Source: Zootoca vivipara (Eukaryota). Taken from it: 64,000 nt of DNA. The position numbers and the translations under genes are program-made. The notes under the pieces were generated by a model. That model worked only from the letters and a program-made list of their open reading frames with translations. It searched no databases and had not been told where the DNA came from. Shown one piece after another: positions 52,165 through 63,806 of this stretch (position 1 is its first letter; every line of letters starts with the position of its first letter). The stretch covers positions 85,560,001-85,624,000 of the forward strand of contig NC_083280.1 in assembly GCF_963506605.1 (NCBI RefSeq), written 5' to 3'.

Positions 52165-52341
52165 TTTGTACCCTGCCCATCTGACTGGGTTGCCTGAGCC
52201 ACTCTGGACAGCTTCCGACATATATAAAAACATAGTAGAGCATTACACATTAAAAAGCTTTTCTATACAGGGCTGCCTTCAGACGTCTTCTAAAGGTTAT
52301 ATCACATCTCCTTGACATCTGACAGGAAGGCGTTCCACAGG
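52107..52341 (-). mobile_element. L2-clade 3' end with (AAC)n tail
   Basis: CAGGGCTGCCTTCAGA.GTCTTCTAAA...CTTGACATCTGA..GGA.GGCGTTCCACAGGG matches 15045-15395. Confidence 0.85.
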
Positions 52342-54737
52342 GTTCCACCTTCAAGCATTGCCACCATTACGTTAATTCCTCAATGCCGTAGGCGAGCTAA
52401 CCTTGAGCTGATGCTTTATCTCTTCCTGGGAAAATGTAAATTTGTTTTATTAAGCTAGCTGTGACATTTAATGCTTGCCTAGGAAGAACTTAGTGCAGGC
52501 AACAGGTCCAGGTATGATGCCTTGGGAAACCAAATGAGAAACTTAAGTGGACTGAAGCTGAGCATAATTGGACCACGTTAACTAGGAAGCTTTGACTGCT
52601 GTTGGGCTTCATGTCTCTTCAACCTCCTTGTGTGCTCTTGAATGGGGCATCCGTCCAGTGTGTGACAGAAGTGGTTCTGAATTTTAGATTTACTGAGCAT
52701 AATGGCACAGAGGTCTTTCAGCCTTCCAAAAAAATAATAATAATAATCATTTGAGTGCTTCAATTTCTGCATATACCCTCATATTCTATGCAACGGATGT
52801 TCATGAAGGTTACATATAGTGAATAGCACTGGAACTGCAGGAAGAGGTGGCAGCAAATAAATGTTTCAGTCAGTTGCATGCATGCTTTTTAACCAGCGAT
52901 GATTGAGGCTGCACTCATATACCCATGTACCTGGGAGCAAAACCCCATTGAACATGTATAGATTGTGCTGTGAATTTACATACTGTGAAACATCTAAGAT
53001 GATTTCTGAAGATTTGGAAAGAAAGATAATTCCTCTGGAGTGTGAAATAACTTGATGAATCAATAATTCAATTGAAAAGCAGAATATACATTAAATAAAT
53101 AATCAGCATGGTATTGGATGAAATGCACTATTGCAAGGATTAGCATTAGTGCAGTTGAATGTTCTTCCCTTTCCCCCCACGCTCCATGCTACCCCCAAAT
53201 ATGCTCTGGCGCAGAGGGGGAGAGCATTCAGTTGCGCAAGGAAAAATCATTTTGCCGACGGTGTATTTTCCTTAGTGTTAACGTTGAATACAACCCTCAA
53301 TTTCTATTGTACTGGCCAAGCCACCAATTTCCTCATTATTTTTTCTGAGTCTAGAAATGTGATCTATTGCTCAGCTGGTTGCTGTTGCTGTTGTAGGGCC
53401 CCTTTCACTTTGGACCCTAGTGCACAGAGTACTTTGTAGAATGGTTAATCTGGCTTTGCACCATAAACGTTGAACCGTAAATTGGTGAGATGTTGAAAAT
53501 GCAAGAACAACATCTAAGGATTCAACACATTTTTTGCTCTGGGAACTCATTTGACAAAATACACTTGGGGTATTACAGTTTCTCCTTTCCCCATTTTTTC
53601 TTTGCATCACATAATTAATACTTATATTCCAATTGGAACAACTCCTGTGGTCAGGAGTCCTCAAATTGTGGTTGACTTTGGCAGTTTACTACAAAAAAAG
53701 AGTGATTGTCAGGCCCCCTGCCAACAGCTGCCTTGCCCCTTACTTATATCATGTTGCACCTTTAGAACTGTGAGGTCACAGTCCCCTTTTCTCCTCCCCA
53801 CCTGCAAAATTAAAGCTTGTGAGGGATGGGCATGCAATTGCTGCAATGGCACCCCACCCCACCCCACCCCCAGCATAAGAAAAGCCGTAAGATTTATGCT
53901 TGCCATGTTGTGTTTTTGAGACACTTGGAGTCTCTCAGAGGTACAGTGTGATTGTGGCGGTGATTGCCCAGGATTCTAGGGCACTCATCCAGCACCCAGA
54001 CTTGCCATTAGACCCTCTTGGACCAGAAATATGATAAAATTCAAGTTCCAATTAACCCTTGCTTGAGCAACAAAGCTCTTCCTGTGCCCTGGTGTTCTGT
54101 ATCCTTTGGCTGTCTTTGGTCCTGACTTTCAGCTTGCCATTTGCTTCTGCTTCCTGGTTTTGTCCTTCAAGCCTACTTTTTAGTTCTGAATGTTGGCTTC
54201 AACCCACAGCGACTGGTTCCTGGCTTAATGGAGACTGCTGCTCAGAGCCCAGCCCTGACAGTCACAAATAATGATAAAAATGGATAGCGGCACATAAACC
54301 AGTTTGCACCAGCTCCCCCTTTTAACATACAGGAAGACATAAATAGCCCATGTATATATGCAATAGTTATGAATATACAATGTGATATAGCGATTTTACA
54401 CAACAATTACGAATTTGCACCCTAGCCTGCAGAGATACCTTCCACTTAAGTCTTCATCCTAAACCATTAGTGTATTATGAAAACAAGGAAAATACAAATA
54501 TCCTATTGGAGTAAGCATCACTCAGTTACTGTGTTCACCTTTGTATATATCAGTGAAGTAATTTCTGAACTGTTCATGCAAATTAAAACACTGCCAAAAA
54601 AAACCCACAAAACACTCAGATGAAGGGTTGACTGCACCAATAGATCGATCTTTTCTGATGAGTTCAGCTAGGAGAGCTGCAAGTGTACGCTCTTCTCATT
54701 CCAATTAACAGACTGCAAATAATACCTAGCTTTAGGG

Positions 54738-54873
54738 CAGGGATGGGGAACCTGTAGCTCTCCAGATTTTGCCAGACTATAGCTTTCATTGACCCTGTCT
54801 ATTGGTCTATTGGACAGGCTAATGGGAGCCGGAGTCCGAAATCAACTAGAGGGCCACAAGACCCTCTTCCCCA
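54738..54873. mobile_element. Older 136-bp palindromic hAT MITE
   Basis: CAGGGATGGGGAACCTGT start; 8-bp TSD CTTTAGGG on both sides. Confidence 0.75.
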
Positions 54874-55681
54874 CTTTAGGGTATAAGAATTATACAGTAT
54901 TGATGGTAGAATTAAAAGTCCACATCCAGTATTCTTTAGAAACGATGATGATGAGGCAGCAACCAACAGATGCTAGGAGTGACTTGCTGGAGATTGGCAA
55001 GTGATCAGCCAGTGGACCATAATCTACCCATCTCTGTGGAAGGACAAGAAGGGGGTGGGAAAGGAGCTATGGCTGGTAAAGGCAGCTCAAAAGCTGAGTG
55101 CATTGTTTGCAAATAAGTCTGGGGGGATAAATTCTTCATTTTGTGGATAACTTCACTAAAGTATGATTGGCAACCAGTTCACTCTCGCATTCCTCATGAG
55201 CACTCTCTTGCTGGCCACCATCCAAATGGAGATTATTTTTACTACATTCTGTTTCTTGGGTTTGAGAAGAGTGGAGAGACTGTCTTCCCTTATCCCTTTA
55301 TTTTTTTATTTTATTTCAATGTTGGGTACCTCCTGACCCTGTGTAATTAATCTTGTAATATCAAGACAACAGCGCGTATAAATAAGTACATGGTTTTTGT
55401 GTGTGTTCAGTTCTCCAAATGGGCGTGGGAACATGAGTAATATCCAGACAGTGGTGGTGGGAATAATCTCTGAACATTTGGGAAATACCCCTTGACTACC
55501 CTCTTGTCACAATGGCAGGTTAAAATAATTAACCTTGCCAGCTGTGAGGTTGCCCTTCTTAATGGTGGATCTGGGAAGTAGTGTGTATCACAGCACAACA
55601 TGTTGGAAGCATTCTTTTCTTTCTGGATTAGAAAGCAGGGCTAGAAAGGGTATCTGTGCTACTTCTCTAGAAGCCCACAGT

Positions 55682-55771
55682 CATAGCTGCCAAGTTATCC
55701 CTTTTTTACAGGGATTTTCCCTTATGCTGAATAGGCTTCCTTGCGAGAAAAGGGAAAACTTGGCAGCTATG
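55682..55771. mobile_element. 90-bp hAT MITE
   Basis: Near-identical to 25230-25319; TSD CCCACAGT / CCCACAAT. Confidence 0.93.
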
Positions 55772-55829
55772 CCCACAATGCATGATGTCTTGGCCATGTC
55801 ATGCTGGGCCCTCCAAGATCATCTCTGGC

Positions 55830-56004
55830 CAGGAGAGCTTCTTGCCAGTGAGAACTCCTGCAGGACTCTCCTTCCTTGGGGGCTTTAAAGCAGAGGTTGG
55901 GTGGCCATCCATCATGGATGCTTTAGTTGAGATTCCTGCATTGCAGGGGGTTGAACTAGATGACCCTCAGGGTCCCTTCCAACACTTCAATTCTATAATT
56001 CTAT
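55830..56004 (+). mobile_element. CR1 LINE 3' end
   Basis: GGTTG.ACTAGATGACCCTCAGGGTCCCTTCCAAC...ATTCTATAATTCTAT, the classic CR1 terminal hairpin and octamer repeat. Confidence 0.88.
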
Positions 56005-57000
56005 CTATGTTCCCCCTTCCTTCAAGTAGCTCAGAGTTCACTCCTCGCAGCTTTTGTAATCACATCAAGAATCCTGTGAGAAAAATTATGCTGAGAGATG
56101 GTAACTGGCCCAAAGTGAGCTTCACCTTGGTCATAATCCAATCCCCTCCAGTGGAACATAATCCAATCTCCAGTGGAACCTGGAATCAGAAAGCAGCAAT
56201 AACCCAAACTCGTAACATACAATTTTAGAGACCAGTGCTTCTGTAGGTAGAGGGGAGTGATTCATAGGCACGAATCCATTTTCCAACCTTGAGAGTTTGC
56301 ATGGAGCCTCTTCCTTGAGTTCAGAGTGTCCAAACTGCATTTAAGATGGATTCAGAAGCAGAGAACTTTTGAGAACAGCTTGGAAAACTCTGGCTCTTGA
56401 CATCCTTCAGTTTCGTGCCCCCAGTTTCTCCCTTAGCAAAGCAACATCAATGGACTTTAAACATGCCAGTATGCTAAGCCAGCGTTTGTGCCCCATGCTT
56501 TCTGCATGGGGTGACTCCATTTTTCCCGTGTGAACCTGGAGTCATGAGGGAAGGGCACAGGACCTGCTATTGAGTCCCTTTTGATAGGAGACACAGTTTG
56601 CTGTTTTCCCAGCTCCTGCTTTGAATAGTTGTGCCTTGGAATGATCTCACAGCTGGTGAAGAGAAGGCTGGGTTGTCATGGTTCCAGGAGTTGTTTGTAG
56701 GGTAAAATAGTAATCTTCATTCCCTCCCCTACTTTGTATCAAACCTCCCCCTCTGCAAAAACACTTCCCAGGCAACACATTGCGCTGGGGGATGTGGTGG
56801 AGATATCAGAACAAGTTGCTTGAGGAAGTTTTGAATTCTCCTTTCCTGGAAGTTTTAGGAGGGTGGCCAATGTAGCATAGTAAATAGAACTCTGCTTGTT
56901 GGGGTGGGAGATTTGACATAGTGAGATTGGAGGTACATTGGAACTCTAATTTGTGGGGGGCTTAATAAGGTTTGTTGCCTAAAAATTAAAGAGTCCGGTT

Positions 57001-57039
<39 letters not shown>

Positions 57040-57447
57040 GCTTTTTAGCTCAAGTTCTTAACTGGTGGTAGGCAGGAGTAGCTTTTGGGTGGCACTGATG
57101 ATACCACCCTCTCTCTTTCATATTGAAATTAGGTTTCTTTCAACTACTTTGTTGGATCCGTACATCCTTATTTTTCTTCCTTATCTCCTCCATTTATCTT
57201 TGTATTCTTAGTATGGGAATTATCTGTCTTCTGATTGAGCCTTTGGGCTTCTGTGTAATTTCTTATCTTGGTCTTTGCCAGAAGTTTATGTCTCAACTGC
57301 TCAGCATCCCTGGGTTGCTTCTCTTCCTGCCTTCCAAATTTTATGGGACTGCTGAACTTAGCGCTAGTCTTGCAGCCAGCAGACAAGGTTTCCTTAAAAC
57401 CATAAGAGAAGGCAATGTGGACTTTCAACATCTATCTTTTTTTGGCT

Positions 57448-57557
57448 GAAACAAAATAAAAAATTTCCTTACAGTAGCACCTTAGAGACCAACTAAGTTT
57501 GTTATTGGTATGAGCTTTCGTGTACATGCACACTTCTTCAGATACACTGAAACAGAA
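57448..57557. mobile_element. Penelope-like element fragment
   Basis: Near-identical to 4283-4380. Confidence 0.7.
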
Positions 57558-57927
57558 CTTTTTTTTGGCTGGGCATCCCAGGAAGAAGAGGCTATCAGAA
57601 AGTCTAAAAGAAACGTAAGCTGAAACACTACTAGCAAGGTAGCTGCGGCCTCCATCACTCATTTGGTCTTTTCAGTAGAGATGTAGAGACCATTCGTTTC
57701 CACAGTATTTATTTCTTCCACACATTTGGGGCACTTACCAACAAAACATGAGAGGCACCTATGCTAGCCTGCTTTATAGAATAAATTGGTTAAAAGTCCC
57801 ATAGCATCTTAAAAGACTAACAATCTCCTAACAGTACTATTTTAGGACAGACATGTGTCCTATTTCATGGTAGAGAAAGTGTGCTTCTTTTTAAGATGCT
57901 GGCTGCCATCTACAGTTCTTGTAAGTA

Positions 57928-58166
57928 CAGTGGTACCTTGGTTTAAGAACAGCTTAGTTTATGAACAACTTGGATTAAGAATGCTGCAAACCTGGAAGTA
58001 AGTGTTTTGGGTTTAGAATAAGAACATGTTTCGCTGCCTGTTGAGTGTGTTCCATTTGTAAATTGAGTCCCCCTCTGCTATGGGAAAGCACGCCTTGGTT
58101 TAAGAACCCTTTGGTTTAAGAACAGACTTCTGGAACGGATTAAGTTCGTAAACCAAGGTACCCCTG
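57928..58166. mobile_element. Tigger-like MITE (1 of 3 in tandem)
   Basis: TA|CAGTGGTACCTTGGTTTA.GAAC ... GTTCGTAAACCAAGGTACCCCTG|TA. Confidence 0.9.
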
Positions 58167-58168
58167 TA

Positions 58169-58376
58169 CAGTAGAACCTCGGTTTTTGAACATAATCCGT
58201 TCCAGAAGACCGTTTGACTTCTGAAATGTTTGAAAACTGAGGATCTAAGGACTGTCACCAAAGTCTATGGTGAAAATTGAGAAATGTGCCTCAGAAGCCT
58301 TTCAACGTCCGGAAGCATTCACTTCCAGGTTTTCAGCGTTCGGCTTCCAAGACATCCGAAAACTGAGCTTCCACTG
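58169..58376. mobile_element. Tigger-like MITE (2 of 3 in tandem)
   Basis: TA|CAGTAGAACCTCGGTTTT ... AAAACTGAGCTTCCACTG|TA. Confidence 0.85.
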
Positions 58377-58378
58377 TA

Positions 58379-58612
58379 CTGTGGTACCTCGGGTTACAAA
58401 CACCTTGGGTTACAAACACTTCAGGTTATGGACCCCGCTAACCCAGAAGTAGTACCTCAGGTTAAGAAGTTTACCTCAGGATGAGAACAGAAATTGCGCT
58501 GCGGCGGCAGCAGAAGACCCCATTAGCTAAAGTGGTACCTCAGGTAAAGAACAGTTTCAGGTTAAGAACAGACCTCCAGAATGAATTAAATTCATAACCA
58601 GAGGTGCCACTG
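58379..58612. mobile_element. Tigger-like MITE (3 of 3 in tandem)
   Basis: TA|CTGTGGTACCTCGGGTTA ... TAACCAGAGGTGCCACTG|TA; reverse complement of 28971-29212. Confidence 0.9.
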
Positions 58613-59124
58613 TATGTCTCTCTCCCCCCCCCCTTTTTAATAAAAGTTTTAGATCTGCCTTGTTTAATTCAGGGCATATTTTGAATTTATCAAAATGCTT
58701 TAAGTCACTTAGTTGATTAAACACTGGTGCCATAACTTTAATGCTATCTAACTGATGCTCTTTGGGCTAAAGCTACCCAAACAGACAACAAATCGAAGGA
58801 AATGTTTGCCATCTCTTAACTTTCGAATCATGTTTGCGTCTTCTAAAGTTGCTGCATTATAAATTGAATTATTTTTCTTCGTATTTTTCCACAGGTGATT
58901 TCTTAGGTGATAATTTCATTAATTTTGTCTGCAGGAAGCTGGTTGCCAAATGGTTCCAGTGTCTTTCAGTGAACCTCCTACAAGGTCCACCCTGCTTTCG
59001 AAAGTGTAGCATTCTATTCTAGCTGGCCAAAAGTAATTTTGGTGCTGGAGGTGAAAAATGCACCCCTCCCATCTCTTTTATAATTCTCCAGAACGTTACC
59101 CCTACATGCTTTTGTTCTTGTTTT

Positions 59125-59530
59125 TATTATTAATCAGATTTATAACCCGCCCTACAACCCAAGGGTTCTTGGGGTGGTAAGCAACAGTTCATAAAAATAT
59201 GACACATAAATGCAACATTAAAGTATTAAAACTAACAATATTATATAACAGAAATCCAACAGCAAAACATGTCCCATAAATCAGCATCTCCAGAGACCTG
59301 AATAAAAAGATTTGTCTTGATGTCTAAAAGCAGCAGAGGGGAAGGGAATTCCAGATCCAGAGTGCCACAACAGAGAAGGCCCTTCTCTGCACTGTTACCT
59401 TGCAAACTACAACTTCTCCTGGAAGTGCAAGCAGGACCTTCCTGCAGATCTTAAGGCACAGGTTGGTAGGGACTGGGAGAGGCAGTCCTTCAAATAGCTG
59501 GGCCTCAAGCCATGTACCAGTAGGCGCCAA
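59125..59530 (-). mobile_element. Old L2-clade LINE 3' fragment
   Basis: HGLRPSYLKDCL....PTCALRSAG and QRRAFSVVAL.IWNSLP peptides. Confidence 0.75.
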
Positions 59531-60814
59531 AGGTTTGATTTGGTTTGATTTGGGCTGGCTAGCAAAAATAAGCAGGATTGGCTGGGAACTGACCCCTTAC
59601 ACCAACAGCAGTGATTCTGACTTGACTCCCCCTTTGCCACCCTCAGTGGTGTCCCAAATTCTCCGACTCTTTTTTCCCTTATAGTAGAGGGCTCTTCAGT
59701 TGTGTCTTGGGTGTTTCTGCTGTCAATGGTTGCTTTAGCAATGGATCTCTTATGTGCAAGGATTTGCTGAAAAACAGGATGAGTTTCTTCAGTTTGAAAA
59801 GGCAGGCAGTACACGTTTTGTTTTGTTTTTTTGGCATGGAAGACAGGAAGTTCTTAACTGCCTTTTTATCCCTGGTGTGGCTCGGTTGGTTGGGGTGCAT
59901 GTTGGGTGGGGGAAAGAGGGTTAATCCCAAGGAACTAGTGAATAATTGCACACGGTGTCCTGTTAGCTAACCATCCTTATGTCACCCGTTGCCACTCCAG
60001 CGAAGCCCGTCATTAGCTGTTGGAGCAGATGATTTACAAAGGATTATTTGCATTACACATGCTAATGCTTTTTAATAGCAAACTTTTAATTAAAAGGAAA
60101 GTCTTTCTGGAAGCTGCCTTAGCAGCTGCAGCAAAACTCTGCCCGTTTTAATATAATTAGGGAGAAGCTGGGGGTGGGAAGCTGAGCTGCCCTTGACAGC
60201 CAAAGCTGAACGGTGAACTCCTACTGGGAACCTGTATCTTGGTGTGTGGGGAGTCTTGCTGGCAATGGGTGTTGTTGATGTGGCGGGGCTGTTCACAGCC
60301 TCTTCCATGCGCGTTTCTGGCTGTGTTGGGATAATGAGCAGTTGGGGGAAATGGCGAGTGGGTGGCGGCCATCTGTGTCAATGTGTGTATCAGTTGCATT
60401 GCTGATGATGATAGCACTCACTTTGCCTTCTGTCAGCCTGTGTGTATTCTATATTTGTAGCTTCAGCACATCCTTAATGCTGAGTGTAGTATTTTGAGGT
60501 GGGGACGGTGGCAGTGGAAGGGTGGGCGGGGGGAGTAGGCTGGAGTAAATTCATTTTGGTTGTTCTTCTTATCCCATCTCCACTCAATTTGCTGTGGTAG
60601 TTAGGTAGGGCAACTGCCTCCCCACCCCCCATAGCTAATGCACGGGGGCAGCGAGAGAGCCATTACGGATATGGAGAGATGCAGATTCTGCCTAATGGCA
60701 GCCTGGCATGTGCCCAGGGATGAGGTTAGTGCTGACTTTGAGTACCTGGCATTTATGCAGAGTGTCTTGTTGCAAAAGGATCCCCAGAGCAATTTGGAGA
60801 CTACACGACATGGG

Positions 60815-60816
60815 GA

Positions 60817-60891
<75 letters not shown>
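60815..60891. repeat. (GAAA)n tetranucleotide microsatellite
   Basis: Direct reading. Confidence 0.97.
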
Positions 60892-60892
<1 letters not shown>

Positions 60893-61168
60893 GTGTTGGA
60901 GTTACTGGGCAAGAAATTAAGATCCCCATTTCAATGCTGCCTTGTCTGTTTGCATCAGCATTTATTTCACCTAAGCAGCCTAAATGTTGCAGAGAGATTC
61001 CTACAGTATTGAAACCTGCCCATTTCTCCCCCCCCCGTGTGTGTGTGTATGAGGGGGGGGGGCTTTGTGAACCTCAAGGTTTTGGTTTGTGGGGGTGGAA
61101 GAGAGCACTGTGTCTGATTGAAAACGCGGAGGTGATGGCGGTTGGCAGAGTTTTTGTGGTGGTTTGTG

Positions 61169-61199
<31 letters not shown>

Positions 61200-61544
61200 G
61201 TGTGTGTGTGTTTTAAAGATGAAAGGAGGCCAGCAGGCTTAATTCGAATTGGAGGATAACCGATGTATTAGGCATGGATTTATTTTACTAATTATTCATT
61301 AGTACCGTCGACATTTTCTGCTTACAAATAACCCAAAACAACATACTGCAGTTAAAATAAAATATGATAACAACAGATTATTAAACTATACAGGTTGTGA
61401 AGAAAGATAGATGTCTGTCTGCCAAGCCATTTAATTGGTTGACCCTGAGTATTAGGACTGTGACTGGGGAGCAAAATCATTATCTCTCCGCGCAGTAATT
61501 CTGTCTGCTTCTGCCATCCTTATCACCACCACCAACCCACCGCA

Positions 61545-61805
61545 CCTCAAATTTCCTCTCTGAATCTAGAACACCTAAAATACTTCAACATTTTCTTGTA
61601 GGGGAGGTGCTTCAGCCTCTATCTTATTTTTGGTTGCTCTTTTCTGTACCTTTTCCAGCTCTCTATCCTATCCATTCTGAGATGTGAGCAAACGGAACTG
61701 TTCACAGTATCCCAAATCCATAGATTATATGAAGGCATTATGATATTGGCAGTTTTATTTTCAGATCCTAGCTTGGAATTTGCTTGTTTCAAAGCTGCTG
61801 GCTTT
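61545..61805 (-). mobile_element. Degenerate CR1 fragment
   Basis: Minus strand reads ELEKVQKRATK..GLKHLPY and ENKTANIIMP.Y.SM, matching CR1 ORF2. Confidence 0.75.
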
Positions 61806-61823
61806 CATCAGTGCTATTTTTTA

Positions 61824-61870
<47 letters not shown>

Positions 61871-62450
61871 GTGGCAGAACTCACAATGAACACCTCCCTT
61901 ATTGTCTTATAATAGCAACGATGCCCACCTGAGAGGTGCCAGAACTGAGTTCTGGGGAGTACCGGCTGAAAACTATATCCCTGGTTTTCATTGAGCTATC
62001 CACCAGAACCCAAGTACTGTATCTTCTTCTCGATAGGTGTAGCCAGTTCAAATCTCCCGTGGAGAGGGTTGGGCAACAGCAGCATGGTCCCCATGGCTGT
62101 GCCTCCTCACAAGTAGGTGCAGGAGTGCTCAGGTGGATCTGCAATGCCTGTGTGGCCTCTCCTTGCACAGCTAGCAGCAGGGGAAACTCCTGGCACTTCG
62201 AAGGATTATGACTTCATTGGCATGTCTAATGATATGGCACCTGTTTCCCCTTAGCCCCACCTCCTCCAGGGTCAGCTAAGCATAGCATGACCTCTACTAT
62301 GGACAGCCACGGGAACTCCTCACCATCCCAGGGTCACAGCCTAAGGAACACTGCCTTGTTAGAAGATGGTGATTCAGGGCAAGGAAGGCCAGAATCATAC
62401 CTCCAAGTATGGTTTTGGTGCCAAATTCCTGGGGGTGCAACACAGAAAAT

Positions 62451-62964
62451 GCTGTCCCGGGCAGCTCCTTTGGCCACACCTACTAAACCTGACATTGTAC
62501 CCTTTGCTTTAGAGACTCTTTCGCAAACAGACTCCTTGGCACCTATGACCAGGTCTTTGGCACCCAATGCCACCTTTTCAATAGTCTGCTGCACAAGAGG
62601 CAAAGTCTCTTGTAGCTTGTCAAGGCGCTGGCAGACATAGGTGTTTGCTGAAGCAATCTGAGGTTCAAGCCTATTCAGGGGAGGCTGTGCCCCACTTGCT
62701 GGCAAGGAGGCACGCTTTTTTACTACAACTTCTGCCATAGCACAGACTGATTAGATCAGGCATCCCCAAACTGCGGCCTTCCAGATGTTTTGGCCTACAA
62801 CTCCCATGATCCCTAGCTAACAGGACCAGTGGTTAGGGATGATGAGAATTGTAGTAAAAAAACATCTGGAGGGCCGAAGTTTGGGGATGCCTGGATTAGA
62901 TAGCCGAATGGGACCCCTTTGCAGTGTTATGAATAGCAGAAATGATCTTGTAGGTTATGCTGAA
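62451..62964 (-). pseudogene. Processed perilipin (PAT domain plus start of the 11-mer repeats; PLIN3/PLIN2-like) retrocopy fragment, interrupted by a hAT MITE
   Basis: After removing the MITE and one TSD copy, the frame reads FSITYKIISAIHNTAKGSHSAI*SVCAMAEVVVKKRASLPASGAQPPLNRLEPQIASANTYVCQRLDKLQETLPLVQQTIEKVALGAKDLVIGAKESVCERVSKAKGTMSGLVGVAKGAARDS. This is colinear with the perilipin PAT domain (SVC..AE.GVK, SGAQP.L..LEPQIA.AN.Y...LDK..E.LP). It has an in-frame stop and no introns. Confidence 0.88.
62757..62893. mobile_element. 137-bp palindromic hAT MITE inserted in the perilipin retrocopy
   Basis: Inverted copy of the 10532-10667 family; perfect TSD GATTAGAT (62749-56 / 62894-901). Confidence 0.93.
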
Positions 62965-63249
62965 TGCAGCTTTCTCCCCTTCTCCCATTGCAGATTTCCC
63001 CAGGGAAGAGGATTTTTCAAAATTCTTACAGTGGGTTAAGGGGCTGGTGTCAAGAGAGGCCCAAGGGTCTATTCCACCTGAGTCTGCTAGCCTCTCCTAC
63101 TGCACTGCCCATTTCCAGGGTAATAAACACAAAAGGAGGAAGCACAAATCCAGAGGTGGGTTTCCCCATAAAGGGGGACCAAGCCAGCTAACACTGTTCC
63201 TTCCTCTTCATCATCCTCTGCTGTCTGTACAGAGAACATTTCCCTTTTC

Positions 63250-63288
<39 letters not shown>

Positions 63289-63735
63289 GGGGGTTGTTCC
63301 TTCCTTCCTTCCCCCTTTCCATTTCTTTCTTCCTTTCTTTTTTGTTTGCTGCAGCCAATCAATACTGGGGCTGTTCCAGTTTGAGAAGAGCTGGAGCTCA
63401 ATAGGCAATTAAGTGAAAGGAGTGCAATTTCACAGAGAGAAGATGCTGCTTTTGTTTTCAATTAAGTTGCTCTTCCGCTGTACATTGTCCAGATGACCTA
63501 CTTGTTGAATATTCCATTCTAGCGGCAACCACAAAGCCACCATTCTGCTCTTTACCCCGTGCCTCTCTGCTGTGCGCCTTTGCATGCCACTCACCCGCTG
63601 CCCCACCTAGGCTCTCTGCCCCATCTTAACCTTTTGACTTGCAAAAGTGTCCTTGTTTCACATTGCCTTGGGCTGTCAAAAACTGGCGACTCCTTGAATG
63701 CCCAATGAAACTCTTTCCTTCTTCCTCAGCAGTTT

Positions 63736-63736
<1 letters not shown>

Positions 63737-63805
<69 letters not shown>
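63737..63805. repeat. (CAG)23 trinucleotide repeat
   Basis: 69 bp of uninterrupted CAG. Confidence 0.95.

Positions 63806-63806
<1 letters not shown>

Noticed and set aside
58870-58940. YnCAG|GTGAT possible recursive splice site
   Set aside because: The reconstituted donor is weak (not GTAAG/GTGAG); no other support.
60601-61012. KERK/FLSF repeat ORFs
   Set aside because: Translations of the (GAAA)n microsatellite.
62297-62450. Possible frameshifted continuation of perilipin (GTKTILGG..LNHHLL vs GVDTVLGK..DNHLP)
   Set aside because: Similarity too weak to support by eye; left outside the pseudogene call.
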